IMG/VR virus record: IMGVR_UViG_3300042301_003932
Strand: one strand, 5' to 3'
Length of the DNA: 64,000 nt
Source of the DNA: a virus
Shown: positions 47,801 through 57,558 of the stretch, in pieces
How positions within the stretch are numbered: the stretch's first letter is position 1
How the letters are laid out: every line of letters starts with the position of its first letter
Program-made: the position numbers and the translations under genes
Notes under the pieces: generated by a model
What the model saw: only the letters and a program-made list of their open reading frames with translations
The model's database searches: none
Told to the model about the DNA's origin: nothing

Positions 47801-50800
47801 ATTTGCCTTCATTATATAAATTATCAAATTCAGTTTGGTTATATGTTGTGAATAAATCTTTTTTAGTAAAGAACCAATAAAAATCGTTTATAAGTTTTGG
47901 GTAAAATCCTGTGTTTAATATATCCATGTATCCAGTAAATGGTTCTACCTTTAAATCTAATGCTTTAAAGTCTATAGATCCTCCTGTATAATTTTTAATT
48001 TTAAACTGTGTTTGTAAATTGTTTAAAAATGGGTCATAATATTTTTGATAATTAAAATTTTCCCATACATCATCTAGTATATCTTTTTGGGTTTCTACAT
48101 AATTTTTATACCTATGCCAAACAGAACCAAATTTTAATACTGTAGCATATGGTATTTGATGTATTGATGAAAAATTCTTGAGTGTTCCACCAAAAGAATC
48201 TAAATATCTATCAGTATCGTAGTCAATAAGTGGGTCAGATAATTCTGAAAGAGGTAATGAGTTCAAATAAATATATCCAAGCGCAACATATGGGTTTTCG
48301 TTTGAATTTTTTTCTAATTCAACACCTTTTAATAATGCATTTATAAAGTATGGTGTATTTAATAATGAACAACTTTGTATGTTTGTTTCAACATTTCCTG
48401 AATAAAATGTTGGGTCTAATTCAAGTTTATCTACTGTAACATATCTATCAACAAAATCATTATCAATAAAAAATTCTTTAAGTGTTAGTCTATTATTAAC
48501 AGTTTTTGAACTACTTTTACTAACCAATATTGGTGTTGTAAAATTTTCAAATTGTTTTTTAGCGTAGTATTTATAACATTTTATTTTTTTAATGCTTTCA
48601 GTCTCGTTCAATCTTGCAATTGTTTTTTTATCATCTAAAAAAATATACGTTTCAACAGTTAGATTATAATTATTAGGCGTAGTATATACCGTAGAACCTG
48701 TCACAAAATATTCGTCAGTATATGGTAAAGTATCCAAAAATGAAATTTCTTCTACTTCTGTACTTCTTAAATAATCTTCAAAATTTTTAATAAATGGTGT
48801 GGTGTTATCTAAACTTATAGATCTTGTACTCAAAGTGCTTAAATCATATAAACCATAATCTTTTTGAATAACGTTTCTTATTTCTTCTGTTACGTATTTA
48901 TCTCTTATGAAATCATTCCATGATGTACCAGCACCGTTATAATTTGATATCGCCTGTAGCTCATCTCTTAATGTTCGTAAATTATATTTTTTTGTTTTTA
49001 ATTTCTCTACTAACTGTGGGTTTTGTAGTGCAGAACTTATTATATTTTTAGCCTCTAATTCTGCTAAAAATTTATTTATCTGTTTAGTGTTAAATGTGCT
49101 TTTTTTGAGTTTTGTATAATGACTCAACGCATAAATTCTTTCATACATTTCATACATAAATTGTACTTCTGATGTGTTAAAATATGGTGCAACCTCAAAT
49201 GGAAAATACAAAGTATTACAAGAACCGTATTTTGCCAATTCTTTTGGGTTGTTATAGACATTTCTTTTAGCTTGAACTGACTTTTCAATTGAAGCGTTTA
49301 AGTAACTTTCTAAAAATTTTACTTCAGGCCAAACATTTTCATCAAAACCTTCTGTTTGATCGGCATATTTTGGTTCGCCAACATAATGAATATTATACTT
49401 ATTATTACCTTCTTCGTCTTTTTCTTCAACAAAATATGTCGGCCAAGGATAAACAATATTAATGTTTTTAATTTCTTCAGATACTCCTTGTGTGGAATTT
49501 TTTCCATCAATACTATTATTTTTATCAGGAGGTAAAATTGTAGATACTCTTCTTGGATTATCTCTTAAATTATTAGCGTCTGTATGTGTCTTATCCATTA
49601 GACGATAGAAAGTATCTAAACCAGCAATTAGTATTGCCATTACATTTCTTAAAGTAGGTTCATACCCTAAACCACCATCTTTAGAAAAGAATCTTACCGC
49701 TAGGCTGTTTGATATTTCTGTTTCTATCTCTACTTCCCTTTCATCTATTCTAGTTTTAAGAACGTTTATTTTATCCAAAAAACTATTTGTGACGTATTTA
49801 TTACCACCAAAATTTATTTCTCCATATTTTATAAGTGTAGGGAATGTTTCAATATCATTACCATTAATATCTTTTATAATTTCTTTAGCTAAAAAATCTT
49901 GATTTATTTGAGTAATAAAAAGATTTACTTGTTCGTCAGTAGGTATTGACCCAATTCTTGCGGCCATTGTTTTTTTATAATCTTCAAAAGTTAACTTATT
50001 ATAATCAAAATCCTCAAAAATTTCTTCATCAGTTATAGTGACAGGTATTTGATTTTCCCCTTGAGCATCCTCACCAAAAGAGGCGTTTCTTCTCATGTTA
50101 TCTAAGGAATTATTTATTTCAGCCTTAATTGCCGATATTATGTCTTGTCTTTTCTGAAAATCTAAAGTGTTTTTAAATGAATAAAAAATTTGCCCATCAT
50201 AAATTATATAATTTGATGTGTCTAAATAGTTATTCAAAACTACTTTATATGCCCTATCTTTAATCTCTAAAAGGTCATTTCTAAATTGGTCAATGTCACT
50301 TAAAACCACAAAATCTCCTTGTTCTATACTTTGGTTCATGAAGGTTGTAAAGCTATCTGCGTCTTCAATAAACTCATCTATTGTTAGATGTGGGAAACTT
50401 TCATCAATTAATCCTTTTGATTTATATATTTTATAAACTTCATCTAATTTTTGTCTACCTAATGATGATTGTTCTGATTTTACTGTAGTATTTACACTAT
50501 TTGTTGGTGATGGGTCTTTTGTTTCAACTATTTGTGGAAACATTTTTGGTGCAGTCCTTGAATAGTCTAATAAGCTGTCGCTTAGTAATCCTGAATTTTT
50601 ACCAATCAATTTAAGGTCTATTTTAAAATTTCCCAAGCTGTTATCAAAACTCGCATTAAAACTAACTAAATTTAAACTATATCTTATCGCTTTACCGTAA
50701 TAACCTTTTAATGTTAAATAAAATATGGGATATGGTAGATTAAAAAATACAGAATAAAGTGAGTTTTCCCCTTGTTCAAACAAAGTTCTTCCTTGTATAT

Positions 50801-51338
50801 CAATAAGTTGTATGTCTACTGTTGGGGTAAACATACCTCCCGCCTTTCCACCAGTTATATCTACCCTAATACTTTCAATACCTAACATTTGTGTATCTTG
50901 ATAGTTAGAAACCGATCTAGCGTATCTTATGGTACCGTCTTTATTGTTTATTTGCCTCTCGTTTGTTTGATTTAATCCTTGACCTTCTCTTGACCCCATA
51001 CCGGTTACTTGATCTGACCAACTTGTATCATATGAATCTTTACCTTTAGGTCTTAAAAAGTTAATATCATCTCCTTTTTTATTCGGGTCTCCGGTTTTTC
51101 TTCCTTCCAAACTTGCAATTTGTGTGTTGATAACATCACTATCCAAATCTAACCCAACCGCTAATTTTGTTCTTGGTACAACTTTAGTTTCTAAATTTGC
51201 ATAAAAGACTAAATCTTCGTGGTCAACTAAACGATCTTTAACTTCTCCATCAACTACAATTTTATTAGGGTCTATTAAAATTATATTATCGTAGTCAGTT
51301 TCTACATAAATTGTTTTTTGATTTAAATTATCTGCCAT
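44868..51338 (-). CDS. giant baseplate hub protein (gp27/gpD-like with large insertions)
   Basis: LTLKGYYGK and SYTCTVNSM...IQPMMYF.L...FYGPYLIFKVSHQL...TTDFTGSR resemble hub C-terminal motifs; follows the LysM/gp53-like gene. Confidence 0.6.
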   Translation of the reverse strand: MADNLNQKTIYVETDYDNIILIDPNKIVVDGEVKDRLVDHEDLVFYANLETKVVPRTKLAVGLDLDSDVINTQIASLEGRKTGDPNKKGDDINFLRPKGKDSYDTSWSDQVTGMGSREGQGLNQTNERQINNKDGTIRYARSVSNYQDTQMLGIESIRVDITGGKAGGMFTPTVDIQLIDIQGRTLFEQGENSLYSVFFNLPYPIFYLTLKGYYGKAIRYSLNLVSFNASFDNSLGNFKIDLKLIGKNSGLLSDSLLDYSRTAPKMFPQIVETKDPSPTNSVNTTVKSEQSSLGRQKLDEVYKIYKSKGLIDESFPHLTIDEFIEDADSFTTFMNQSIEQGDFVVLSDIDQFRNDLLEIKDRAYKVVLNNYLDTSNYIIYDGQIFYSFKNTLDFQKRQDIISAIKAEINNSLDNMRRNASFGEDAQGENQIPVTITDEEIFEDFDYNKLTFEDYKKTMAARIGSIPTDEQVNLFITQINQDFLAKEIIKDINGNDIETFPTLIKYGEINFGGNKYVTNSFLDKINVLKTRIDEREVEIETEISNSLAVRFFSKDGGLGYEPTLRNVMAILIAGLDTFYRLMDKTHTDANNLRDNPRRVSTILPPDKNNSIDGKNSTQGVSEEIKNINIVYPWPTYFVEEKDEEGNNKYNIHYVGEPKYADQTEGFDENVWPEVKFLESYLNASIEKSVQAKRNVYNNPKELAKYGSCNTLYFPFEVAPYFNTSEVQFMYEMYERIYALSHYTKLKKSTFNTKQINKFLAELEAKNIISSALQNPQLVEKLKTKKYNLRTLRDELQAISNYNGAGTSWNDFIRDKYVTEEIRNVIQKDYGLYDLSTLSTRSISLDNTTPFIKNFEDYLRSTEVEEISFLDTLPYTDEYFVTGSTVYTTPNNYNLTVETYIFLDDKKTIARLNETESIKKIKCYKYYAKKQFENFTTPILVSKSSSKTVNNRLTLKEFFIDNDFVDRYVTVDKLELDPTFYSGNVETNIQSCSLLNTPYFINALLKGVELEKNSNENPYVALGYIYLNSLPLSELSDPLIDYDTDRYLDSFGGTLKNFSSIHQIPYATVLKFGSVWHRYKNYVETQKDILDDVWENFNYQKYYDPFLNNLQTQFKIKNYTGGSIDFKALDLKVEPFTGYMDILNTGFYPKLINDFYWFFTKKDLFTTYNQTEFDNLYNEGKLKIGSNTNASYFMNFSGDPNDNARAIIIKPYFQYVTFDKDPLIDKSYKTHLLIPSNGGIKINQTVFECFDVNDKLKIEVINNPAMYNGSVRSFWGAPQFGYYDNDLIKKPEYYEYLNFGKELMSKTVEDMFSIFKPEILDFFEKVFLGFCEPNPTANDILFLEKEQTSPTYTSTNKIKNIKERRLFDQIKNIFLVRDNDVELVNQENQDAYELAKRQLANMSLGIKKFMEFDCVFKMGNAGNFDRRLFNSILNEPGNPVDPFVFEPYEINTLPGAGQTISLTQSRVSYNNEWKTMLKYVGFSTISGCNYTNTGSTFTDFFIDMNIKFSEDNIKTLYPLIRIYATQKQQKLKQNLPYNGQTFTKQLKAFLDDLSLVDDNIISEVSLYLNKNLPNKKTKTNSNATVEGETTKLSLYNVFQTLNDKWISGTDFQTKTLFEDFLFHDTANNDIGDKIQINLEDVRDLFKSDGGTDIYSIIGYLLELCSNMIFFSLPAYINFYGIQNPSKNPQAVDIDPANSLFGTWTNVDYINSTAKFLCVYTGKESEKPRQNDNSFVLYGDDSYDFRNPTTNPNRKQDGKQNKSLSNKVVGFNVDFGIRNQNIFKNISVGMQDKKNTAATFMVRDNLANSASGDRINQQTASLYSFYKSLSYTCTVNSMSNAMIQPMMYFNLRHVPLFYGPYLIFKVSHQLSSGGEFTTDFTGSRMPKYALPQPESLGTYVKANYLQKYKAKILERKNTEGQPENYESILDPEQQKLEKEGLLSDQSACEQIVNADYKTFPFVQVDKKTLTFEDLKVLINDTLGPTNNQNDRNLKITLFTIALTRPLNQSESSGTIEPLNNNYFEINAVNKNNGNRPEFSELICVNNSDVPTPLFSFSAETDSIKIASSYLTQPILVLPRLIELNGNDQNAFYSGISEFVITIWEAGILIADDPATPNVIEQLNAEYIKNYIDLNLSKGTITQDSFDSYINVVKIAENYF

Positions 51339-51645
51339 AATAAAAAATATAACTATCTATCGCACTTTTGTAGTCTTGTAATGCACTTATTAATGGAAAT
51401 GGTATGATCAATATTGTACCATCTGGTATATTACTTTCAAGACCACCATAAATCGGGTTCGCTATTTGTATTAACCAACCAAAATATGGTGATCCGTATT
51501 TTTCATAACTAATTTTATCTAACCTTGATTGTCCCGATCTGTAAATATATTTTTGATCGGAAGGTCTATTACCTATGTTTATGAATGGTACCACTAATGA
51601 GGTTCCATTAAGTGTAAATTTGCTGTATCTTCTATAAAAATCCAT
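51328..51645 (-). CDS. baseplate LysM/gp53 (tail X)-like protein
   Basis: SRLDKISYEKYGSPYFGWLIQIANP...IPDGTILIIP. Confidence 0.8.
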   Translation of the reverse strand: MDFYRRYSKFTLNGTSLVVPFINIGNRPSDQKYIYRSGQSRLDKISYEKYGSPYFGWLIQIANPIYGGLESNIPDGTILIIPFPLISALQDYKSAIDSYIFYYGR

Positions 51646-51646
51646 A

Positions 51647-54600
51647 CTAATTTAATGTTTTTTTAAGGTTAAAGTATTCGCTTGGTATGTCTATTTGTGA
51701 CCAAACATTTCTTAAATTTTGTTCGTTTTGTTGTTGTGCTGGATTTTGTTTTTCATAATCCATAATTCTTTTCTTTTGTCCATTAAATGGTTTATAAATA
51801 TTATTAGGTAATAAACTCGTTAGTACTTCATCTTTAAATTTTTGAAATAATTTTGTACTTTCCGTTTTAGATCTTTCAAAATCTTGATATAGACCTGTCT
51901 GTCTTTTCACTATTTTATTTTCATTTGCAAAATAATTAAATCCTAAGTTGGATAATAAATAAGTTTTCCAAAGGTCTTGATTAGTTGTGTCTTCTATAAC
52001 TGTTACAATATTGTCTACAAATTTTTCGTATCCATCCAAAATTTGTTTACCAAGAACAATAAAAAACACATTTACGGCTTTAGGTACATTTTCATAACCC
52101 TTACCTTCTTCTAAATCAGGTGTTAAGTACATCTCAAAAAGATATTCCGAATTAAAAGTGTAAGGAGATCCTGAAGGGACTATTTTATACTCATCAAGTT
52201 TTTGGTTGAAATAGTTTAAATCGTTACCCACTTTTAAAAAATCATTTACAAATTCATCATAAGTGTTTGATAATGGGTCGTCTTCACCTGTAGTTCCAGA
52301 CAAATTATAAATTACAGCCCCACCTCTTTTATTTAAATAACCGTCAGTCTTATCACAAATAAAATTTAACTCATCTGTAATTTGTATTAATTTTAACTCA
52401 TTATCTATTATATTACCTTGAGCGTTAGAAGTTACTCCAATTAGAAATCCGAATTGTGTATCAATTATTTCTTTTAACTTTCTTTTAATTTTTCGTTTTT
52501 CCTCTTTATTAAAATTAGTATTTTGTAAACCTCCAAGTATTGGTGAGTCTTCGTTATCTACATCCAGTTTTGCTTGGTCTATAACTTGTTTTATTGTTAA
52601 TGCGGTTGCAACGGGTTTACCAAAAATTTTAACAAGATTATTCGTACTACCACTTAACCAATTAAAATATCCATCAGTATATTTTTTATTATTATTATAT
52701 AAAATAATACCACCAATTAATGCTTCATTATTAATTTTTTCTATATTATTAAACACTGAATCAAAATAGTCTTTGGTTTTTTGAACCAATTCTGTCATTT
52801 TTGTTTCGTACTGAACACTTCCTGTAACTGCACTTGTGGTCACATCTAAGAAATTAGATAAAACAGTACCTATTGTGTTTCCAGCACCACTTCCTTGATT
52901 GTCTTTAACATCTAATACCCCGTATTCGTTTTCAATATCGTCTAAAATTTCCGCGTTTGTTTCATCAAAAACAGGTTCTGTCACTTCGGCTCTTTCATCG
53001 TAAATTTCAGTATTAGCATAATAATTAAATGTAAGTGCGTTTTGTATTTGTGCAATTGGTTTTGCTAAACCGTGACCACCAATAAATTTAAGACTTAGCG
53101 TCACATCTGCAATCATTGGTTGAAGTCCTATCCCTTCAGGGTTCAGATCAAATTTAGCATCGTCATATTTAAATTGTACAGAATCAATAACTGCCTTAGT
53201 GTGATAAAAATCTCCTACTCTGATTATAACTACAGGTGGAGTACCAAAAGCACTATTAAATACGTCATTATAATCTAACCCCGTCCCTGTTGAAGTAGCC
53301 GTAGGTATTGTATCTCCAGGTCTTGTACATTGATGTAAAAAGGTTAATCTTGAGTTTAATCCTTCAGGAGTGATTGAATGAAAAACGGGTTGGAAGTTTT
53401 TAATCTTACTTTTTATCCCGTCATAGATCATTGGTTGTTGTTGTTTGACCATTTCAAAATAATCACATTCACTTAACAACCTTCTCAATAATTTTTTGGT
53501 CAATCCCTTTAAATTTGGGTTTGCTGAATTAACAGTGATTTGCCTTTCAACCGTTTTATATTGTGGTGTTGGGTTTTCTGTAGTTTTGTTGTCAGCGGCT
53601 AATAAATTAGGACCACTACCCTCTAAATTTTCTTTTAATTTATCAGGAGTTGATGAGGAGTCTTCAGGTGTTGTTGTAATATTAGGTGGACTCACTTTTA
53701 ATTCTGTTATGGTTGTTCTTCTACATAACATAGCTTGTATTGATGAGTATCCATCTTCATTAGTGTTTTTAAATGGCTTATCACATCTAATATCTGAGTA
53801 ATTTTTATTTTTTAATAAAGAGGTTTTTCCTTCAAATACCGGTGTTATTGTTAATTTCTTTGAGTCATAATATTTTTTTAAGGTCCCATTTGATGTTGGG
53901 AAACTTAAAATTGTTTGTAGTACCGCGTCATATCTTCTTTTAGATAATAAATCATTATAAGAAACACTACCATTAGCATTTGCAGATGCAACTATGTTGA
54001 AAGAAACTGTGGATTCGGAATCTAAAGCCGATGCGATTTTTTTTAATAAATCATCAAAATTATTTTTTTGTTCTTTTATATTAGAAAATAAACTGTTTAA
54101 TTCATTTTTTCTAAAAATAATATAGTCGGTACCTAAATTAGTGTCTGTAACAGTATTGTTACTTGCAATTATTTCTTCTTTTGTTTTAAATTTTTTAAAG
54201 TCTGAAAATCTCATATAGTACCCATCAGGGTAACCATCTATATTTTCTATCTTATTTTTATATGTTTGCTCATTATTAATAAATGTACTATAAAGTGTTT
54301 CATAGTTAGCATCACTTAGAGTTTTACTTTTTTCTATATCTGGATCTAAATTTGTTTTTTCCTTTGGTATTGATTGGTCAAATAATAAAATAACCTCTTC
54401 AAATTTACCTCCTTTTTCCGATTCTTTATTTAATTCATCAACAATTTTATTTGTTTCATTTGATTTTTCTTCTGCTTTAGGTAATTCTGTATTTGTTTCT
54501 ATTGTTTTTTCTCCTGTTACTTTTTCGTTGGGTAATTCATTTTTTACTAATTCAAGTTCTCTTATCGTTCTAAGTGTGGTTGTCGTTTCGTAAATGTCAC

Positions 54601-57520
54601 TCAAACTAAATTGTCTATACTTTTTTAATAAATCAATAGGGTCATATTTTAAACAACCTGCAAAAAATGAATCAATAATCTTAGTAGTTTCACTATTATT
54701 TTCTTTTTCTAATTCTTTATTAACTATAATATTCATTATTGATGGGTGATCAACAACTATTTTAAATGATAGTGATCCTCCTCTCTCGGTACTTTTATAA
54801 ACGTATAGAGGTTCAGGTCTACCTAAAAATCTAATTCCTTCCCATTGTGCAGTTGAGGTATCATTAAAAGTTAAATCATATGGTGGAAACCACATTATTC
54901 TACCACCATTCGGTCCGACTTCACATGCCGGTAAATCATCAATTCTGTAACCAGCCCTACTAGAACTTCTCCAAGCTAAGTTTTCTATTGATAACATGTA
55001 CTTTTTAACTTTTCCGTTAATGTCTATGTTAGTTGATCCAGCATTACCAACGGATTTCATTGGTGCGATGTTCAAGTTATATGTGTTATCTAAAACTGAA
55101 TATGAATTTTTACCTCCACTTCTTAAAAGTCCGTCAGACTTTTGTAATTCGTTATATGTATAGTAAGGTCTATCTTTTGTAAACAATCTACAATATTCAT
55201 ACCCCTTTATTGTTGGTGTCTTATTTACTGAATTTGGTGTAGTATATCTTATTACTTTTGATCCTTTGGTCATTTCCAAAAGTCCGTCTTTGAAAACTTT
55301 TGACACTTGATTTATTGCGTTACCAACATGTTCAGATCTTCTTGATGAGTTATTAGCCGCTTGTACTAATTTTTGAGTAACATCCAGTAAAGAACCTTCT
55401 GTTAAATCAAAATCAGATGATTTTGTTTTGTTATATTCGGGACCAAAAGATGATTGTTCAAAAACCGTGTCAGTACCTGCACTATTGATTTGAAGGTTAC
55501 CGGGTCCTACAAATTTACCTGGTTGGTATATGTTATTATTTGCAACCCAAGTAAATCCTCCTTGTATACCGACGCTATCGTAGAAAGGTTTGGCATAAGT
55601 ACCAAAAGGAATATCAGTAACTTTTTGACCTTCATATTCTTTAGAAATTTCACTATAACTAAAAACAGGACCTATATTTGCCTTACCATTTTTCCACTTA
55701 GCCAAATCCGTTTTTGGACTTACAGCATCTCTTATAAAGTTTTTATTATTACCAATATAATAGTTACCTTGTGGTGCTAAAAGGTTGGGGTTTCTTAATG
55801 AAGTTAATAGATAGTTTGGTCTATAATAGTTGTAAAATAATTGATCAAACAACAATCCTCTAACCGCATCTGAAGTATTTGCTAAAAATAATTCAGATGA
55901 AGTATCAATCAATGGTGTCGCTATCCTGTTTACTAAATTATTAAGTAGATTGTTAGTTGCTCCTACAGGATTTTCTTGTATTTGACTAATAAAGTTCCTA
56001 TTAGGATAATCAAAATATTCTCCAGGAATAATAGAATATGGTGAGTATAAACCTGAAAGTCTACCCACAAAACCTAAAGTGCCGGGATTATCAACAAGTG
56101 GTTGTGTAATTTTAAAATCTCTTTGTATTATAGGAAGATTATTTGATAATACACCTAAAGCATCAAAAGGATTTAAATTTGGTTTTACTGAAATACCTCC
56201 ACTATCAGGCGATATAGATGAATTACTAAGTGTTGATCTACCTAATGTTTGTTGTAATAATTCAAATGCAACTCTCGCCTTAAATTCTTTTTGAAGTTGT
56301 TTTGCACCCATTTGAGCCAATGCGGAATCTTGACTTAGTTTTCCATCACTACCATTAATATTTTCAACATTGTCTGTTGTTAAGATTGTTACAGGTAAAT
56401 AATCTGAAGGTATGAACGCAAATGTACTGTCACTTAATCTATAAGGGCTATTAATTGTTTCATTAATATATGTTACTTCTTCTGGTGTTGTAAAAGTACC
56501 TTCACCACTATTGTATTTATTTTTTGCATAATAAAATGATTGTGATTCTTCAGTTGTTTTTCCAACAAAAGAACCGTATAAATATTCACCTTTATTTGGT
56601 TTTTGTTCAACATTATCATTAGGTGTCGCTTCTACGGGATTGAATGGTTGGTATGTATTATTTAATAAAATTGTCAGACTTTGTTCTCCAAATATTTCTA
56701 AAGGACTATTATCTCCCGAACTTTCGGTTGGAAGATATTCTCCAAAATTTGTTTGTGTTTGTTGGTCTTTATTAATATCAACAGTACTACCATAAGAACG
56801 ACCACCTTTAGTTGCCGGACCATACTTATTTTTAATGTATTGAAAAATTTCTTGTCTTTGTCCAACGGTCTCCAATTCACTACCTTCAGCATCTTTTTGA
56901 TTTCTATATTCACCAGTATTAATACCAAATGTTTTTAATTCAAAAACAACACTATCACCATATTGACCTCCTCCTTTTTCCGGACCGTATTTATTTAATA
57001 CTCTTAAAAACCTTTCTAATTCATTTCCTTTTTTTTCTAAATCACTATTAATAGAATCGGGATATCCATAATTACCTTCATTTGCCTTTGTTTGAAAATT
57101 TACGTTAGGTGTTACTGTAGTTTTACTTTGTTGTCCTTCAGGTCCGTACTGATTTTGTACAACTAACTCCTTTTCTTTTGTTTTACCAAAAACTTCTAAA
57201 AACGACTTTTCAGTTTTAGGATATCCGTAAAATCCTAAATTTGTTTGTGTTGTTTTATTTACATTAATATTAACAATATCACCAAAACTACCGGCTTGTG
57301 GTGTGTATTTATTTTGACCTATTAAATTAGGTTCAATTAATTTTGAAGTTATGTCTAATGGTATTGAATCAATAACCGAATAATCGTTTACTGAAAATTC
57401 TCTACTTGTTACTTTTTCTGCGGGACTATAAAAACCATCAACTTTATAAGGTTTCAAGTTTTTTAGTAATAATTTTTTTCTAAAGTTTTCCGTAGAATCA
57501 AATGATAGTGGACTTTCCAT
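51647..57520 (-). CDS. giant baseplate tube-initiator-like protein with N-terminal repeats and an inserted OmpA-like domain
   Basis: FPPYDLTFND...W....LGRPEPLYVY..TER..SLSF and PPVVIIRVGD...I.SV.F.YD (tube-like fold); YNDLLSKRR...RRTTI between them; located between TMP and the gp53-like gene. Confidence 0.62.
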   Translation of the reverse strand: MESPLSFDSTENFRKKLLLKNLKPYKVDGFYSPAEKVTSREFSVNDYSVIDSIPLDITSKLIEPNLIGQNKYTPQAGSFGDIVNINVNKTTQTNLGFYGYPKTEKSFLEVFGKTKEKELVVQNQYGPEGQQSKTTVTPNVNFQTKANEGNYGYPDSINSDLEKKGNELERFLRVLNKYGPEKGGGQYGDSVVFELKTFGINTGEYRNQKDAEGSELETVGQRQEIFQYIKNKYGPATKGGRSYGSTVDINKDQQTQTNFGEYLPTESSGDNSPLEIFGEQSLTILLNNTYQPFNPVEATPNDNVEQKPNKGEYLYGSFVGKTTEESQSFYYAKNKYNSGEGTFTTPEEVTYINETINSPYRLSDSTFAFIPSDYLPVTILTTDNVENINGSDGKLSQDSALAQMGAKQLQKEFKARVAFELLQQTLGRSTLSNSSISPDSGGISVKPNLNPFDALGVLSNNLPIIQRDFKITQPLVDNPGTLGFVGRLSGLYSPYSIIPGEYFDYPNRNFISQIQENPVGATNNLLNNLVNRIATPLIDTSSELFLANTSDAVRGLLFDQLFYNYYRPNYLLTSLRNPNLLAPQGNYYIGNNKNFIRDAVSPKTDLAKWKNGKANIGPVFSYSEISKEYEGQKVTDIPFGTYAKPFYDSVGIQGGFTWVANNNIYQPGKFVGPGNLQINSAGTDTVFEQSSFGPEYNKTKSSDFDLTEGSLLDVTQKLVQAANNSSRRSEHVGNAINQVSKVFKDGLLEMTKGSKVIRYTTPNSVNKTPTIKGYEYCRLFTKDRPYYTYNELQKSDGLLRSGGKNSYSVLDNTYNLNIAPMKSVGNAGSTNIDINGKVKKYMLSIENLAWRSSSRAGYRIDDLPACEVGPNGGRIMWFPPYDLTFNDTSTAQWEGIRFLGRPEPLYVYKSTERGGSLSFKIVVDHPSIMNIIVNKELEKENNSETTKIIDSFFAGCLKYDPIDLLKKYRQFSLSDIYETTTTLRTIRELELVKNELPNEKVTGEKTIETNTELPKAEEKSNETNKIVDELNKESEKGGKFEEVILLFDQSIPKEKTNLDPDIEKSKTLSDANYETLYSTFINNEQTYKNKIENIDGYPDGYYMRFSDFKKFKTKEEIIASNNTVTDTNLGTDYIIFRKNELNSLFSNIKEQKNNFDDLLKKIASALDSESTVSFNIVASANANGSVSYNDLLSKRRYDAVLQTILSFPTSNGTLKKYYDSKKLTITPVFEGKTSLLKNKNYSDIRCDKPFKNTNEDGYSSIQAMLCRRTTITELKVSPPNITTTPEDSSSTPDKLKENLEGSGPNLLAADNKTTENPTPQYKTVERQITVNSANPNLKGLTKKLLRRLLSECDYFEMVKQQQPMIYDGIKSKIKNFQPVFHSITPEGLNSRLTFLHQCTRPGDTIPTATSTGTGLDYNDVFNSAFGTPPVVIIRVGDFYHTKAVIDSVQFKYDDAKFDLNPEGIGLQPMIADVTLSLKFIGGHGLAKPIAQIQNALTFNYYANTEIYDERAEVTEPVFDETNAEILDDIENEYGVLDVKDNQGSGAGNTIGTVLSNFLDVTTSAVTGSVQYETKMTELVQKTKDYFDSVFNNIEKINNEALIGGIILYNNNKKYTDGYFNWLSGSTNNLVKIFGKPVATALTIKQVIDQAKLDVDNEDSPILGGLQNTNFNKEEKRKIKRKLKEIIDTQFGFLIGVTSNAQGNIIDNELKLIQITDELNFICDKTDGYLNKRGGAVIYNLSGTTGEDDPLSNTYDEFVNDFLKVGNDLNYFNQKLDEYKIVPSGSPYTFNSEYLFEMYLTPDLEEGKGYENVPKAVNVFFIVLGKQILDGYEKFVDNIVTVIEDTTNQDLWKTYLLSNLGFNYFANENKIVKRQTGLYQDFERSKTESTKLFQKFKDEVLTSLLPNNIYKPFNGQKKRIMDYEKQNPAQQQNEQNLRNVWSQIDIPSEYFNLKKTLN

Positions 57521-57558
57521 CTAATGTTTTATTTATAAATAGATGATGGGTATTTTTT

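Noticed and set aside
9644-51649. TAG recoding (code 15) as in some Bacteroidota megaphages
   Set aside because: Multi-kb ORFs are intact in code 11, and TAG ends genes at 9644, 18070, 28808 and 51647 just before the next start
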